From a virus (taxonomy: Duplodnaviria; Caudoviricetes), in the IMG/VR virus record IMGVR_UViG_3300026543_000012, positions 1-46,515 of that record: a stretch of DNA of 46,515 bases. One strand, given 5' to 3'. The first letter of the stretch is position 1; the number at the start of each line of letters is the position of its first letter. The notes under the pieces were generated by a model. That model was not told the DNA's origin and searched no databases. It saw nothing but the letters and a program-made list of their open reading frames with translations. A program made the translations under genes and the position numbers. Below are positions 16,688 to 25,834 of this stretch, in pieces.

Positions 16688-17308
16688 ATGGCAAAGCTTC
16701 TAAACATTGCAGGAAGAAGATTTGATGGATGGTTAGTTATTGATCGAGCGCCAACAATAAAAAAACCCACCAAATGGAATTGCAAATGCGATTGTGGGGT
16801 ATTAAAGGCCGTTAGACTAACCAATTTGAGAGCTGGAAAATCAAGATCATGTGGGTGTTTAGGCAACATTGGAAGGTTTACACACGGTATGAGCAAAGTA
16901 CCTGAATATAATATTTGGAAAAATATGATTGCAAGGTGCATCCATCCATCGCAAACATCTTATAAAAATTATGGTGGTCGCGGAATAAAGGTTTGCAGCA
17001 GGTGGAAAGATTTCCAGAATTTCTTCGATGACATGGGCCAAAAACCAAACAGTAAAATGCAGCTAGACCGGAAAAACAATGACGGTGATTATGAACCTAG
17101 CAATTGCCGATGGGCTACCAACCAAGAAAACTCACAAAACACAACAAGATCAAGAGTTAATGGAAAACAAGTAGCCACCATAAAACGGTTATTACACGAA
17201 GGTAAATTAAACCAAACAGAAATAGCCAAGATGTTCGAAGTTGGAAGTAACATTATATGGTCAATAAAACATGGTGTTTCATGGACAAATATACAGGCTG
17301 AAAAATGA
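16688..17308 (+). CDS. HNH homing endonuclease with C-terminal HTH
   Basis: WNCKCDCG, YGGRGIKVC, LDRKNNDGDYEPSNCRWAT, QTEIAKMF. Confidence 0.88.
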   Translation: MAKLLNIAGRRFDGWLVIDRAPTIKKPTKWNCKCDCGVLKAVRLTNLRAGKSRSCGCLGNIGRFTHGMSKVPEYNIWKNMIARCIHPSQTSYKNYGGRGIKVCSRWKDFQNFFDDMGQKPNSKMQLDRKNNDGDYEPSNCRWATNQENSQNTTRSRVNGKQVATIKRLLHEGKLNQTEIAKMFEVGSNIIWSIKHGVSWTNIQAEK

Positions 17309-17670
17309 ATAATTCAGGCACACTAGATACGGCATTGGAATTGGATGTAACAGTTGAGTACGACTGTGTTGACGAAGATGGTATTGAGATAACCAGAATC
17401 ACGCGCAAGGGTTCTGGTGATTTAGTTGAACGATTACGGAAATTAGAATTAAAACACGGTGCGACAATGTGGAGCCACGAACGCGAAATGGCTAAGGAAT
17501 GTCTCAAAGCAGCAGATCAAATAGAAGTATTCGTAAAAGACATCACCCAAATTCAATACGACAGCCTCATTGACCAAATAAATGCTGATCTAGCGGCACA
17601 AAAGCAAGAAGCCTTAGACTTCCAGGCTGAGTGTATGCGTGATGACAGCAAACATGACCCTAATTGGTGA
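17305..17670 (+). CDS. Hypothetical protein
   Basis: 121 aa, coupled. Confidence 0.65.
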   Translation: MNNSGTLDTALELDVTVEYDCVDEDGIEITRITRKGSGDLVERLRKLELKHGATMWSHEREMAKECLKAADQIEVFVKDITQIQYDSLIDQINADLAAQKQEALDFQAECMRDDSKHDPNW

Positions 17671-17675
17671 GTGGA

Positions 17676-17918
17676 ATGGAGAAAATAGAACAAGGTTTAA
17701 TCGAAGTCGGCGATATTATAGTTATAAAAAACTGGCCTGGTACTCAAAGATTCACTGTAACTAGAGTAACTAAAACACTCTCTTTGTCAAAACGTGATGA
17801 TGGTTATGAGCATAGGTTTAAGCGCAAGATTCAATGGGATATGGGGCATCCTCACAGTACCTGGAATACTAATGAATATACCGTATTACGTCCATTAAAC
17901 ATAGTAGGCACTGGGTAA
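17676..17918 (+). CDS. Hypothetical SH3-like small protein
   Basis: IEVGDIIVI...FTVTRVTKT. Confidence 0.6.
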   Translation: MEKIEQGLIEVGDIIVIKNWPGTQRFTVTRVTKTLSLSKRDDGYEHRFKRKIQWDMGHPHSTWNTNEYTVLRPLNIVGTG

Positions 17919-18097
17919 TGATTAAGAAATTTATATGCTGGCTATGGGGCCATAAAGCCGTTAGCAAAGCATTTACTGGCGAACGGATGGAATGCACAAA
18001 TCTGTTTGGGGAGAGCTATTCATCCAGCATGTATAGATGGCATAAAAACGAATTTTGCCCTCGATGCGGAAAACGATTAATAGGCACTGGTGAGTGA
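17918..18097 (+). CDS. Small CxxxGH...CxRCG protein (DUF1660-like; not in track)
   Basis: MIKKFICWLWGHK...FCPRCGK. Confidence 0.6.
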   Translation: MIKKFICWLWGHKAVSKAFTGERMECTNLFGESYSSSMYRWHKNEFCPRCGKRLIGTGE

Positions 18098-18098
18098 T

Positions 18099-18317
18099 AT
18101 GACTGATGATTTATTACTTAAACGATTGCGCCGAAACTGTACTTGGCAGCGAGCAAAAGGCACAAGTCGAGACAACGGATACCCCTATTGCAAGCATGTT
18201 CCTGATTGTGATATATGCCAGGCAGCAGACCGGATAGAAGCAGATAGTAAGCGCATTGCGGAACTAGAATCCGAAATAGAAGGAATATATGAAGATGCTG
18301 CGGGAGAATCTATATGA
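18099..18317 (+). CDS. Hypothetical protein
   Basis: L.KRLR...AADRIE motif typical of phage early genes. Confidence 0.6.
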   Translation: MTDDLLLKRLRRNCTWQRAKGTSRDNGYPYCKHVPDCDICQAADRIEADSKRIAELESEIEGIYEDAAGESI

Positions 18318-18814
18318 CTGATGATTTAGATAGAAGCCATCACCATATGTATGAAACATCAATACATACAACATGGAAGAATATGCGGCAACGATGTTCA
18401 AATCCTAACGTTCCTTGGTATGAATATTATGGTGGGCGAGGCATAACGGTTTGCGACAGGTGGCAAAATAGTTTTATGGCGTTCTATAGAGATATGGGTG
18501 AGGAGCCGGAAGGTTCTTGTATTGAGAGAATCGACAACGATTGCGGCTACTTTCTGGAAAATTGCAGGTGGGCTACTCCCGCCGAGCAAGTAATTAATAC
18601 ACGGACACCCAAAGGAAGCTTGTCTGGGTTTAAAGGGGTGACTTGGCATAAACTATCTAACCAATGGTCGGCACAAGTAACATATAAATATACCCAATAC
18701 CATATAGGAACTTACCAAAATGTCAGGTTGGCTGCCGAGGCTAGAGATAAATTTATTATTGATAACAAAATGCCCCACCATTTATCGGGGTTGCCACTAA
18801 ACTGGATCAGATAA
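18314..18814 (+). CDS. HNH endonuclease with AP2-like domain
   Basis: YGGRGITVC, IERIDND.GY..ENCRWAT, SGFKGVTWHK. Confidence 0.88.
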   Translation: MTDDLDRSHHHMYETSIHTTWKNMRQRCSNPNVPWYEYYGGRGITVCDRWQNSFMAFYRDMGEEPEGSCIERIDNDCGYFLENCRWATPAEQVINTRTPKGSLSGFKGVTWHKLSNQWSAQVTYKYTQYHIGTYQNVRLAAEARDKFIIDNKMPHHLSGLPLNWIR

Positions 18815-18815
18815 A

Positions 18816-19016
18816 ATGAGCATTGACATACTAAAAACAGTAGCCGTACAGGAAACTAAAAAGTTCTGTTCTGAACACGATATAGAGATAACAATGTTGA
18901 ATATGAGCGACTACTACACTTCTTTAGCCACTCCGATTGCACACGAACTAATAGCCACAGGTCTTAGTACAACCGATGCCTGGGGTATTGCCTATAACAG
19001 GGTGAAGAACAAATGA
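18816..19016 (+). CDS. Hypothetical protein
   Basis: 66 aa, coupled. Confidence 0.6.
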   Translation: MSIDILKTVAVQETKKFCSEHDIEITMLNMSDYYTSLATPIAHELIATGLSTTDAWGIAYNRVKNK

Positions 19017-19195
19017 GTGAGTGGATAAGTGTTGATAAAGTGCGCCCCCAGATGGGTGAAGTAGTTGCTGTTTGGGATATTGAATGTGGTTATATTCCAT
19101 TTGTTGAATGGGATGGTGATGAATGGATAAGCCATAATTTGCTATGGTCAGGCAAACTTTCCCACTGGCAACCTATACCGGGGCCACCAGAATGA
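19013..19195 (+). CDS. DUF551-like protein
   Basis: MSEWISV...SHWQPIPGPP. Confidence 0.8.
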   Translation: MSEWISVDKVRPQMGEVVAVWDIECGYIPFVEWDGDEWISHNLLWSGKLSHWQPIPGPPE

Positions 19196-19315
19196 ACATT
19201 GTCCTAATAATCGGAATTATCATAGCTGTTTCATCTCGGGATTTAGGCATACAGGCTATCGGTATTTTGATTATTGGCATAGCTATTTTTGTAATTGATT
19301 CGAGGAGTTTTAGAG

Positions 19316-19462
19316 ATGAGTAGCGAACCTGAAAACTGGCCTGATCCAGCATGGGATTTATGGAGCGACCATCTCAGCGAAGAGTCACAAAAGGCTATGG
19401 ACGATGAACTTGAGGCAAGGCTTATAGAAACTTGTGAGGAAGAAAATGGAAACGATATTTGA
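19316..19462 (+). CDS. 48-aa acidic microprotein (not in track)
   Basis: GAGGAG RBS; MSSEPENWPDPAWDLW... Confidence 0.55.
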   Translation: MSSEPENWPDPAWDLWSDHLSEESQKAMDDELEARLIETCEEENGNDI

Positions 19463-20066
19463 ACAACTAAAAGCACCATTTGACCCAAAAGTAATCCACT
19501 GGAGAGTTGGAGCCACCAACGCCAAACGCAACGAAGGTGTAGCAACTAGTGGAATAGGGCTTGCTTACCTTGACGCCAGGGACGTTATGAAGCGTCTGGA
19601 TGAGGTTTGTGGCGACTATTGGCAAGTAGAGTACCCTTACGAGGGTTGCTGCCGTTTAGGGCTTAAAATCGATGGTGAGTGGCTCTGGCGGGCTAATGGT
19701 GCGGATACCACTGCTGTTGAAGGCGTTAAGGGTCAGTATTCAGATGCTTTCAAACGTGCAGCCGTGTTATGGGGTGTCGGGAGGTATTTATACTACTTGC
19801 CTAATAAATGGTATGACCTGCAAAACGGAAAGATGAAAGTAACACCAGAGCTACCGGAATGGGCTACACCAGAAGGCTATGGAAGACGTTTTAAAAAAGG
19901 TGAAGCCGATGAAATAAGAACACAAGTTAGAGCCGCTTTACAGAAGGGAGATTCTGTAGGTCTCCAGCAAATCAGGGATGAATATATTGACCCAGAGGAA
20001 ACGATTAAATTCTGGGGACTATTTACCCCGCCAGAATGCAAAGCCATTAACTCTCTTTTGGGCTAG
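19446..20066 (+). CDS. Sak/Rad52-family single-strand annealing protein
   Basis: L.APF...IHWR, LAYLDARDVMKRLDEVCG, KG.YSDAFKRAAV.WGVGRYLY. Confidence 0.9.
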   Translation: METIFEQLKAPFDPKVIHWRVGATNAKRNEGVATSGIGLAYLDARDVMKRLDEVCGDYWQVEYPYEGCCRLGLKIDGEWLWRANGADTTAVEGVKGQYSDAFKRAAVLWGVGRYLYYLPNKWYDLQNGKMKVTPELPEWATPEGYGRRFKKGEADEIRTQVRAALQKGDSVGLQQIRDEYIDPEETIKFWGLFTPPECKAINSLLG

Positions 20067-20069
20067 CGA

Positions 20070-20396
20070 ATGACACCGCTGACTAAAATACGCACTTCGA
20101 TTATCGTAGTTATTGTTTTATTGATTATTCAGCTATCGATAGAAGGAGCGTTCGCCTGTGAGACCGGATTGCACCTGGAAGCTGGAGCCGGTAAGAACGG
20201 CAACTGGACTGGTAGCTCAATCCCTTGGGACGATGGCGGCGGAGTCGGGTTTTACGGTTCGATCCGGTACGAATGGGAATATGCAGTCTGTCACGGTTCC
20301 CACTTCTCCCAATACGATGTCGGCCCACCCTCTAACGACCGTTCAGAATCTAGCCTGGATCACTTGGGCTGTGCCTTTAGGATTAAATTATTATGA
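20070..20396 (+). CDS. Secreted small beta-barrel-like protein
   Basis: Signal-like N-terminus, alternating beta strands, H.S motif, C-terminal D.LG..FR. Confidence 0.55.
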   Translation: MTPLTKIRTSIIVVIVLLIIQLSIEGAFACETGLHLEAGAGKNGNWTGSSIPWDDGGGVGFYGSIRYEWEYAVCHGSHFSQYDVGPPSNDRSESSLDHLGCAFRIKLL

Positions 20397-20556
20397 TTGA
20401 TACATTTGGAATAAAACAAATGGTGATAGAAAAACGCAAACAATCTGGCATTGGTTTATGTGGTCGATATGAGTCAATCGCTCGTTGGTTGTTTAAAGAA
20501 CATAAAGTGATTGCATCTGCATCTTGGATAGAATCTGTTATTAGGGAGGCAAAGCT

Positions 20557-21066
20557 ATGACTGATACATTCACAATAGAGCGCAATACTAAACCGCAATG
20601 TACACACGGACTCAGCCACATCCCAGAATATATTTCTTGGACAGGGATGAAGGACCGATGCTACAGACCAAAGAACGAGAAATACCATAATTACGGTGGT
20701 CGAGGGATTACAATATGCGATGAATGGGTAAATTCATTTGAGTCGTTTATACAAGATATGGGGTTGCGGCCCTCGCCAGAACACAGCATTGATCGCATGA
20801 ACAATGATGGTAATTATGAACTTAACAATTGCCGATGGGCAACCAATACGGAGCAGTTACATAACAGGCGAGATTCTCCCAATAGAACACAGCAGTTGCC
20901 ACGGGGTGTTTATAAATCAAAACTTAGATTTAAGGCGTCTATTACGCACAAAGGCATCAATATATATCTTGGACATTTTATAACACCGCAAAAAGCATCA
21001 GCTTTCCGCAATAAATATATTACCCAAAACAAACTTCCACATAAACTATCTAGTATTAAACAATGA
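20557..21066 (+). CDS. HNH endonuclease with AP2-like domain
   Basis: THGLS..PEY, YGGRGITIC, HSIDRMNNDGNYE..NCRWAT, GVY...YLGHF. Confidence 0.88.
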   Translation: MTDTFTIERNTKPQCTHGLSHIPEYISWTGMKDRCYRPKNEKYHNYGGRGITICDEWVNSFESFIQDMGLRPSPEHSIDRMNNDGNYELNNCRWATNTEQLHNRRDSPNRTQQLPRGVYKSKLRFKASITHKGINIYLGHFITPQKASAFRNKYITQNKLPHKLSSIKQ

Positions 21067-21506
21067 CCGACAAATTCACACCAGAACTAATTGAATCTAT
21101 TATAAAGGCGTTTAGACGTTTTGATTTCCATGTAGAAGAAACGGGGACAATAACTTTCTCCGAAAGTGAGGTTAAATCGTTCATAGAAGAATTAACCGCT
21201 TCTCAATGGAAGCCGTATAAACCAATCCACGATGAAGTTTATTATACTGGTGGACATTACATTAAATATCGTGAGGGGGATATTTTAAGCGGCAATCCTC
21301 GCAGTTTAACACCAGACGAAGTACCAGCATGGAAGCGCGATAAGGAAGCACTAAAGGTGGCTATTAAAGGGCTTCAAGAACCGTATGATTTTTTGAATAG
21401 CATGGGTGACGAGTTGGATGAAGCAGAACGGCAAGTGATGGAAATGTTGAGATTTGCCATTGCAAAAATAAAGAAACTGACTGCCGCCAATGAGGATATG
21501 AAATGA
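21063..21506 (+). CDS. Hypothetical protein
   Basis: 147 aa, coupled. Confidence 0.65.
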   Translation: MTDKFTPELIESIIKAFRRFDFHVEETGTITFSESEVKSFIEELTASQWKPYKPIHDEVYYTGGHYIKYREGDILSGNPRSLTPDEVPAWKRDKEALKVAIKGLQEPYDFLNSMGDELDEAERQVMEMLRFAIAKIKKLTAANEDMK

Positions 21507-21703
21507 ATGAATTTGATGATTTAAAGGCTGTGGTTCAATACCGCCGTAAGAATGATGACACTGGGTATTATGGTCAGTGGTCAACTATGGCTGCTTTTGA
21601 TATTAAAGAAATCGCTGAAAAGTATGCCGCAAAATGTTCGAAAAACGATCCTCTTTGGGAATATAGAGTTATTGATGTTAATAATGAACCAGTTGAGATA
21701 TGA
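21503..21703 (+). CDS. Hypothetical protein flanked by a 17-bp direct repeat
   Basis: ATGAGGATATGAAATGA at 21490 and 21700. Confidence 0.65.
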   Translation: MNEFDDLKAVVQYRRKNDDTGYYGQWSTMAAFDIKEIAEKYAAKCSKNDPLWEYRVIDVNNEPVEI

Positions 21704-21712
21704 GGATATGAA

Positions 21713-22009
21713 ATGATGGATAGAGAAGCATTAATAAAGCAGTTGATCGAATGGCGCGATCCTTTAGGCGCACAAACACACAGCGAGGCGAGAGATTTAA
21801 TCGATCTATTGGAGCCACAGTTAAAGGCAGACGGTGAGCGTATAGCTGAACAGAAAGCCAATATTGACCGCCTGACCAAGCAAAACAAAATTCTGGATGA
21901 TGCTTTAAAAGAAACTGAAAAGGGTTACTCAACTGATGGTGGCATATCATGGGAAATGGAACAAGCCCGTAAAGCCCGACAAGCAGCAAAGGAGTTGAGT
22001 GATGGGTAA
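21713..22009 (+). CDS. Hypothetical coiled-coil protein
   Basis: 98 aa. Confidence 0.6.
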   Translation: MMDREALIKQLIEWRDPLGAQTHSEARDLIDLLEPQLKADGERIAEQKANIDRLTKQNKILDDALKETEKGYSTDGGISWEMEQARKARQAAKELSDG

Positions 22010-22271
22010 AAGTTGGAATGAAATGAACCAAGCTGAACGCACCGAATTAGCTGAATCAATGCTGGATGCAAGTTTTGGACATACCGCAGCCATAATTGCC
22101 AAAGCATATCTTGAAGCCAATACCGAAATAGCCCGCCTCGATGCTGTGATAGAACGGCTGGGGGATGAGAATGATAATTTTATTTCGCCCGATGGGAAAG
22201 ATATTCCGTGGTGGCTGGAAGAAGCACTAGAAGCCCGTATCCAATACGCCAAAACTCACAGGGGAAAATAA
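21999..22271 (+). CDS. Hypothetical protein
   Basis: 90 aa; GGAG RBS. Confidence 0.6.
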   Translation: MMGKSWNEMNQAERTELAESMLDASFGHTAAIIAKAYLEANTEIARLDAVIERLGDENDNFISPDGKDIPWWLEEALEARIQYAKTHRGK

Positions 22272-22813
22272 TGAACGCCGCACAAATTAAAAAACGCGAA
22301 AGGTTGCTGGAGTTGAAGGATCATATAAATAACCGGCTTTCTTACGACCCAAAAACAGGAATTTTAACGAATAAAATATCAGGCATGGGAGTTACTGAAG
22401 GAACTCGCGCAGGGTCACTCGATAAGTCCACGGGATATCGCCGAATTGGGATTAACTACAGGACTTACAAAGAACACATAGTTATTTGGTTAATAGTTTT
22501 TGGGGTTTTGCCGCTAGATGAAATTGACCATAAAAACCACACAAGAGATGATAATCGCCTTTGCAATTTACGAAACGCAACCCACCATCAAAACAGTCTC
22601 AATGCTTCACTAGCATCGAATAACACTTCGGGAACAACTGGGGTTTATTGACATAAAGGCTTTAATAGATGGGTAGGTGTAATTACAATTAACAGGGTCA
22701 TAAAACACCTGGGTAATCATATCAACTTATCCGACGCTATCAACGCTCGAAAACAAGCAGAGAGAAAATATGGTTTCCATCCTAATCACGGGAGGACGCA
22801 AAACAATGGATAA
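22271..22813 (+). pseudogene. HNH-AP2 endonuclease interrupted by an in-frame TGA (22649-22651)
   Basis: LSYDPKTG, EIDHKNHTRDDNRLCNLR, then SGTTGVY*HKGFNRW...HLG....DAINARKQAERKYGFHPNHG. Confidence 0.8.
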
Positions 22814-22838
22814 AGATAACGAATCACTAAGGCGACAC

Positions 22839-24314
22839 CTAAGTATCCACAACTATTGTTTTTACTGTGCCATCTGCAAAAACAACTTTTAAATCACCAT
22901 CGGCAGTATCTACATATAGTCGTGCAACACCTGTTCCGGCCCCTGGTGCGGTCATGCCATCAGCTATTGCCAGGTAGGTCGTAGATTTTAAATTCAGCAC
23001 ACCTGCTGGTATTTGTACTATCTCTGTACTTCCTATTTGGATTTGACCATTTGCTAATGCAATTATTAGAAACTGTATGCCAGTTCCTGCTGAATCTCTG
23101 CCAACAATCCACTGGTTATTATCCATAACCAACCGACCTTCTCTAAAATATCCTGAATACTCACCTGAACCTGTGGGTCCGTCTGTTCCTGATGCTCCAC
23201 GCTTGCCAAACCAATTATTACCAAATTGTTTAAGATTCCTAGAAGCACTATCTTCTGTAATCTCCCATCCCAAATCAGTAGACATAATAAAAGGGCTAAC
23301 AGCGAGACTTTTATTGACAAAAAGTGTTGAGGTTACTGCGGTTGAGCACCCTATAAACATTGCTGAGTTTGAATTAGCCGTAAATTCAATTTCTGCTGTA
23401 ACTTCGTTCTCCATTGCTATTGCAGTGTATACGCAATTTGTAGCTCCTTCTTTAATAGCCAAAGTGCAAGCCTCAACACGGCCTCCATATATCGTACATT
23501 TATCTGGGTGGGTGGTTCCGGGTGCTAAATCATACGCAGTACCACTATTTAAAACCTCTGTGTGCATAACGTGATTTTCATTTGCTCCTGAGGCCCAAAG
23601 AACACCCTCATCCAGATATTGTAATGAACACCTTGATACTACATTTGTATAAGCACCAGCAAGTAGTGGAGCTCCAAACTTAATTCCAGTTCCGGTTCTG
23701 GTTGCAAAGGAATTGCCACCAAATATGAAACAATCCTCTACAACCGAATTGCTGACCGAGGATAAATCAATTGCAATTACATCTTGGTCATTTAAATCAA
23801 TAGATAAATTCTTTACTTTGTTGTATGCCGATGTGCCTGAAGCCGGGCTAGTAAATTTGAGTATACTCCCAGTTGTTCCTGAAATAACTTTTAGTATGGT
23901 AGTAAATTTACTTTCTCCAACAAGGGAATTACCAGCAAAATCAAAAACACCTACATTACTTATCATATAGGCGACTGATGGATTAGGAACCCAAACAAGT
24001 CCGCCCGCTGCTGCTGTGAGCGCACTAGTAAATGACGCTGTATCGTCTGTAACACCGTCACCTTTAGCCCCGAAGTCTTTAACGCTGCAAATCTCTCTTA
24101 GCTTCCTTTGTACTGTTGTTGCTACCGCACCAGTACCATTGTGTATATGTCCTACAGAAGCAGAGCCAAGTGAACTTGTGAGATCGATTCCCTCTCCACC
24201 TAAAGAACGAACTATTTCAAATAAATAATTCTCAAAATAAGCAGTAGCTTTTATTTCCTTAGAGAAAGGATCGACTTCGGCTATTGGCTGGGCTGTGTCT
24301 AGAAGATCAGCCAT
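22839..24314 (-). CDS. Tailspike-like beta-helix protein (pectate_lyase_3 start)
   Basis: GAVATTVQRKLRE..SVKDFGAKGDGVTDDT followed by beta-helix-like repeats. Confidence 0.85.
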   Translation of the reverse strand: MADLLDTAQPIAEVDPFSKEIKATAYFENYLFEIVRSLGGEGIDLTSSLGSASVGHIHNGTGAVATTVQRKLREICSVKDFGAKGDGVTDDTASFTSALTAAAGGLVWVPNPSVAYMISNVGVFDFAGNSLVGESKFTTILKVISGTTGSILKFTSPASGTSAYNKVKNLSIDLNDQDVIAIDLSSVSNSVVEDCFIFGGNSFATRTGTGIKFGAPLLAGAYTNVVSRCSLQYLDEGVLWASGANENHVMHTEVLNSGTAYDLAPGTTHPDKCTIYGGRVEACTLAIKEGATNCVYTAIAMENEVTAEIEFTANSNSAMFIGCSTAVTSTLFVNKSLAVSPFIMSTDLGWEITEDSASRNLKQFGNNWFGKRGASGTDGPTGSGEYSGYFREGRLVMDNNQWIVGRDSAGTGIQFLIIALANGQIQIGSTEIVQIPAGVLNLKSTTYLAIADGMTAPGAGTGVARLYVDTADGDLKVVFADGTVKTIVVDT

Positions 24315-24347
24315 TCTGATGGTCGTTTTCTTGTTTAAATTTAATCA

Positions 24348-25823
24348 TCACACTTTATAATGTCCTGATATTAATATTTGAGTGGAGTTTGCAAAAAATG
24401 CGTTAGCTACAGAACCAGTTGCAGCAGCAGTTTTTGATAGAACTGTAATGCTTGCGGTTCCTGCAGTATTAAATGCATTTTCCGAAACTGTACTAGTTGC
24501 GGCAGCGACAGTTTTAGCGACATATAGACTCCAGTTATGTGTTGAGGCGCTAGTAAAAGGCAATCCTCCTATTACCGTTGTTGATCCTGTTCCTATTGCA
24601 TTTATGTCTAGAAAACAAGATATATAAACGGTATCGCCTATCTTAGTATATGTGCCAGACTGGGTGTTGTATGTTGTAGACCCACCGAGAGTAGGTGTCC
24701 AAGTCCCTTCCTCATAATCATCGAAGGTATTAACATCATCAGAAGCTACTTGTGCGGCGGGAAATTTAATCCCATTAGTTGAAATTAAATCAAGAAATGC
24801 AGAAAGACTATTCCCACCAGCCCCCTGTATTACTGTAGGAGAAGTAGCCCACGTTCCTGCTGTACCTTGAGTAGACTCAACATATCCTATTACTCTATAA
24901 GGTACTGAAGTTCTAGCGGTGGTTGAATAAAAAACCGCAGCGGAATCTGACCCTGTTCCTATAGCAGTTGTAGTAATAAGAGTTGTCTCATCCAAATTAA
25001 CTACACCAACTTGATTAACTACAGCTAGTTCAACCGTTCCTGCGTTGTCTATGGCTAGAAGGATTAATCGTGACTCTAATGCGTTGGTAGTTCCGAGAGT
25101 CGCACCACTTGGGACTACAAGAGATAAAGCAGCATTGCTTCTGACATTCGGTGTCCCATCGGTTAAAGGTGTTTTTCGGAAGTACATTGATGTAGGATTT
25201 AGTTCTAAAGTCAATGCACTCGACGCAACTGTAGCAGTAATGGATTGTATTTGAGGATTAAGTGTGGAAGAGATTAATTCAAACACATCATCCGTAGAAT
25301 TATAGATAACTGAAACAGCTTGATTGGCTTCTATATCGCCTAAAATTAAAGGTTGGTCATGATACTTTAAAACAGACTTCACCGCTGTAGAGTCAATCTG
25401 GAGTGTTACAGCACCCGTTATAGCGTTAGCTGCGGTGAATGAATAAATAGTTAAATCAACTAAAGACGTTATGGTGGGTGTTCCGGTAGCAGTTATTGTA
25501 TTTGTCCCTGCCACAGTACCGAGTATTTCTACTATAGTAGTTTGATCGCCTATAGTTGGTACGTCATTGGTTGTGATAACGTCTGAACCATCTGAATTAG
25601 ACTCCTGCACAGTCAGAAGACCGGAATATTTAACATCGCCTGCTATTTGACCATTAGCATTAAGTGTATATGGATTTGTCTGCGCTACGCTCAAGGATTC
25701 GTCTGAAAAAATAGATGCCTTTACAGTAGTTCTATTATTAAAAAAGGTAACTATTCCACTAACCCGTACTTTCCCGGTAGTGTCTATGAATTGCTGGAAT
25801 GGGTTGATTACGTTAAATGACAA
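24348..25823 (-). CDS. Tail fibre
   Basis: Head-binding-like N-terminus (QFID..G...NPYTLNANG); C-terminal DDYEEGTWTP...YTKIG module. Confidence 0.8.
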   Translation of the reverse strand: MSFNVINPFQQFIDTTGKVRVSGIVTFFNNRTTVKASIFSDESLSVAQTNPYTLNANGQIAGDVKYSGLLTVQESNSDGSDVITTNDVPTIGDQTTIVEILGTVAGTNTITATGTPTITSLVDLTIYSFTAANAITGAVTLQIDSTAVKSVLKYHDQPLILGDIEANQAVSVIYNSTDDVFELISSTLNPQIQSITATVASSALTLELNPTSMYFRKTPLTDGTPNVRSNAALSLVVPSGATLGTTNALESRLILLAIDNAGTVELAVVNQVGVVNLDETTLITTTAIGTGSDSAAVFYSTTARTSVPYRVIGYVESTQGTAGTWATSPTVIQGAGGNSLSAFLDLISTNGIKFPAAQVASDDVNTFDDYEEGTWTPTLGGSTTYNTQSGTYTKIGDTVYISCFLDINAIGTGSTTVIGGLPFTSASTHNWSLYVAKTVAAATSTVSENAFNTAGTASITVLSKTAAATGSVANAFFANSTQILISGHYKV

Positions 25824-25834
25824 ATGAGCCTCCG

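Noticed and set aside
22649-22651. Genome-wide TGA recoding
   Set aside because: TGA is used as a normal stop in many ATGA-coupled genes, and the core genes are intact in code 11.
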